This document shows positions 63,480 through 64,000 of a stretch of DNA of 64,000 bases, in pieces. The stretch comes from Vicugna vicugna (Eukaryota), in the NCBI GenBank assembly GCA_013265495.1, contig MU058384.1, positions 3,075,010 through 3,139,009 on the forward strand. The letters run 5' to 3'. Positions within the stretch are counted from its first letter, which is position 1; each line of letters begins with the position of its first letter. A program made the position numbers and the translations under genes. The notes beneath the pieces are model-generated. The model saw nothing but the letters and a program-made list of their open reading frames with translations, was not told the origin of the DNA and made no database searches.

Positions 63480-63650
63480 CTCGTGTTTAAGGTATTCCCT
63501 CTGCGAATTGCTCTGTTAAAGTTTACAGGTCATTAACTGGCTGACAGCTGATTTCATACGTATGCATACAGGTGGTTTGTGGCAAAGTGTAAGTAGCAGT
63601 ATATCAGCTGACAGCTTAGTGACATCAAAGAATCAGGGGAACTTCTAAGA
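63480..63650. promoter_or_regulatory. Candidate enhancer (MEIS/E-box/TCF motifs)
   Basis: TGACAGCTG 63542-63550, CAGCTGACAG 63605-63614, ACATCAAAG 63622-63630, GTTTAC, AGGTCA. Confidence 0.4.
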
Positions 63651-64000
63651 ACCTGCAGTTACACCCAGGAAGCAACAAAGGCACTGAGAAGACCTGAATT
63701 AGGAGTAAATGGGCCACATTTTTAAAAAATCAAAGCACAGATCCTTCTAAAAGACATTAAATATATATCTAGCACAAGATTAGAAGTCTGGAAATAAGTC
63801 TTCAGTTGACTCTGGGGATCTTTGGTACCCCAAAACACTGATTTCACTTGCCACTTAGCTGTGGTAAATAGTGACTGACATCACAATTAGAAAAATAAAA
63901 CTTGATAAACAACAAGGTCCTAAAAAAAGAAAAAGAAAAAGAAAAGAAAATGAAAATTTAACTCTTCATAATTTAGAAAGAGGTGGTCTATATCTGCATA

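Noticed and set aside
1..64000. Prokaryotic-type systems (CRISPR arrays, operons), rRNA genes, or a named host gene
   Set aside because: The DNA is mammalian and repeat-rich. I see no spaced direct-repeat arrays or rRNA similarity and could not recognise any exon that names the locus.

Overview
This is mammalian genomic DNA, very likely camelid (alpaca/vicuña/camel), judged from two tRNA-derived Vic-1-type SINEs and several young L1 3' ends of one family. I find no protein-coding exon, so it reads as intergenic or deep intronic sequence. The supplied ORFs are chance ORFs or repeat fragments. Much of the window is fossil interspersed repeat: MIR, L2, L1 of several ages, a fragmented CR1/L3 LINE, ERV1/ERVL/MaLR solo LTRs, MER5/MER58/MER2-type DNA transposons, and a near full-length degenerate hAT-Tip100 (Zaphod-like) transposase at ~250-2830. 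The most unusual structure is a 74-bp, 93%-identical inverted repeat (7414-7487 / 7620-7693) that brackets a CTCF-like motif and runs into a candidate splice acceptor and 6-nt microexon. The right third has repeat-poor blocks dense in PBX-HOX, MEIS, octamer, posterior-HOX and TCF motifs, which look like developmental enhancers. Repeat subfamily names come from remembered consensus sequences, not a database search, and boundaries are approximate unless a TSD is given.
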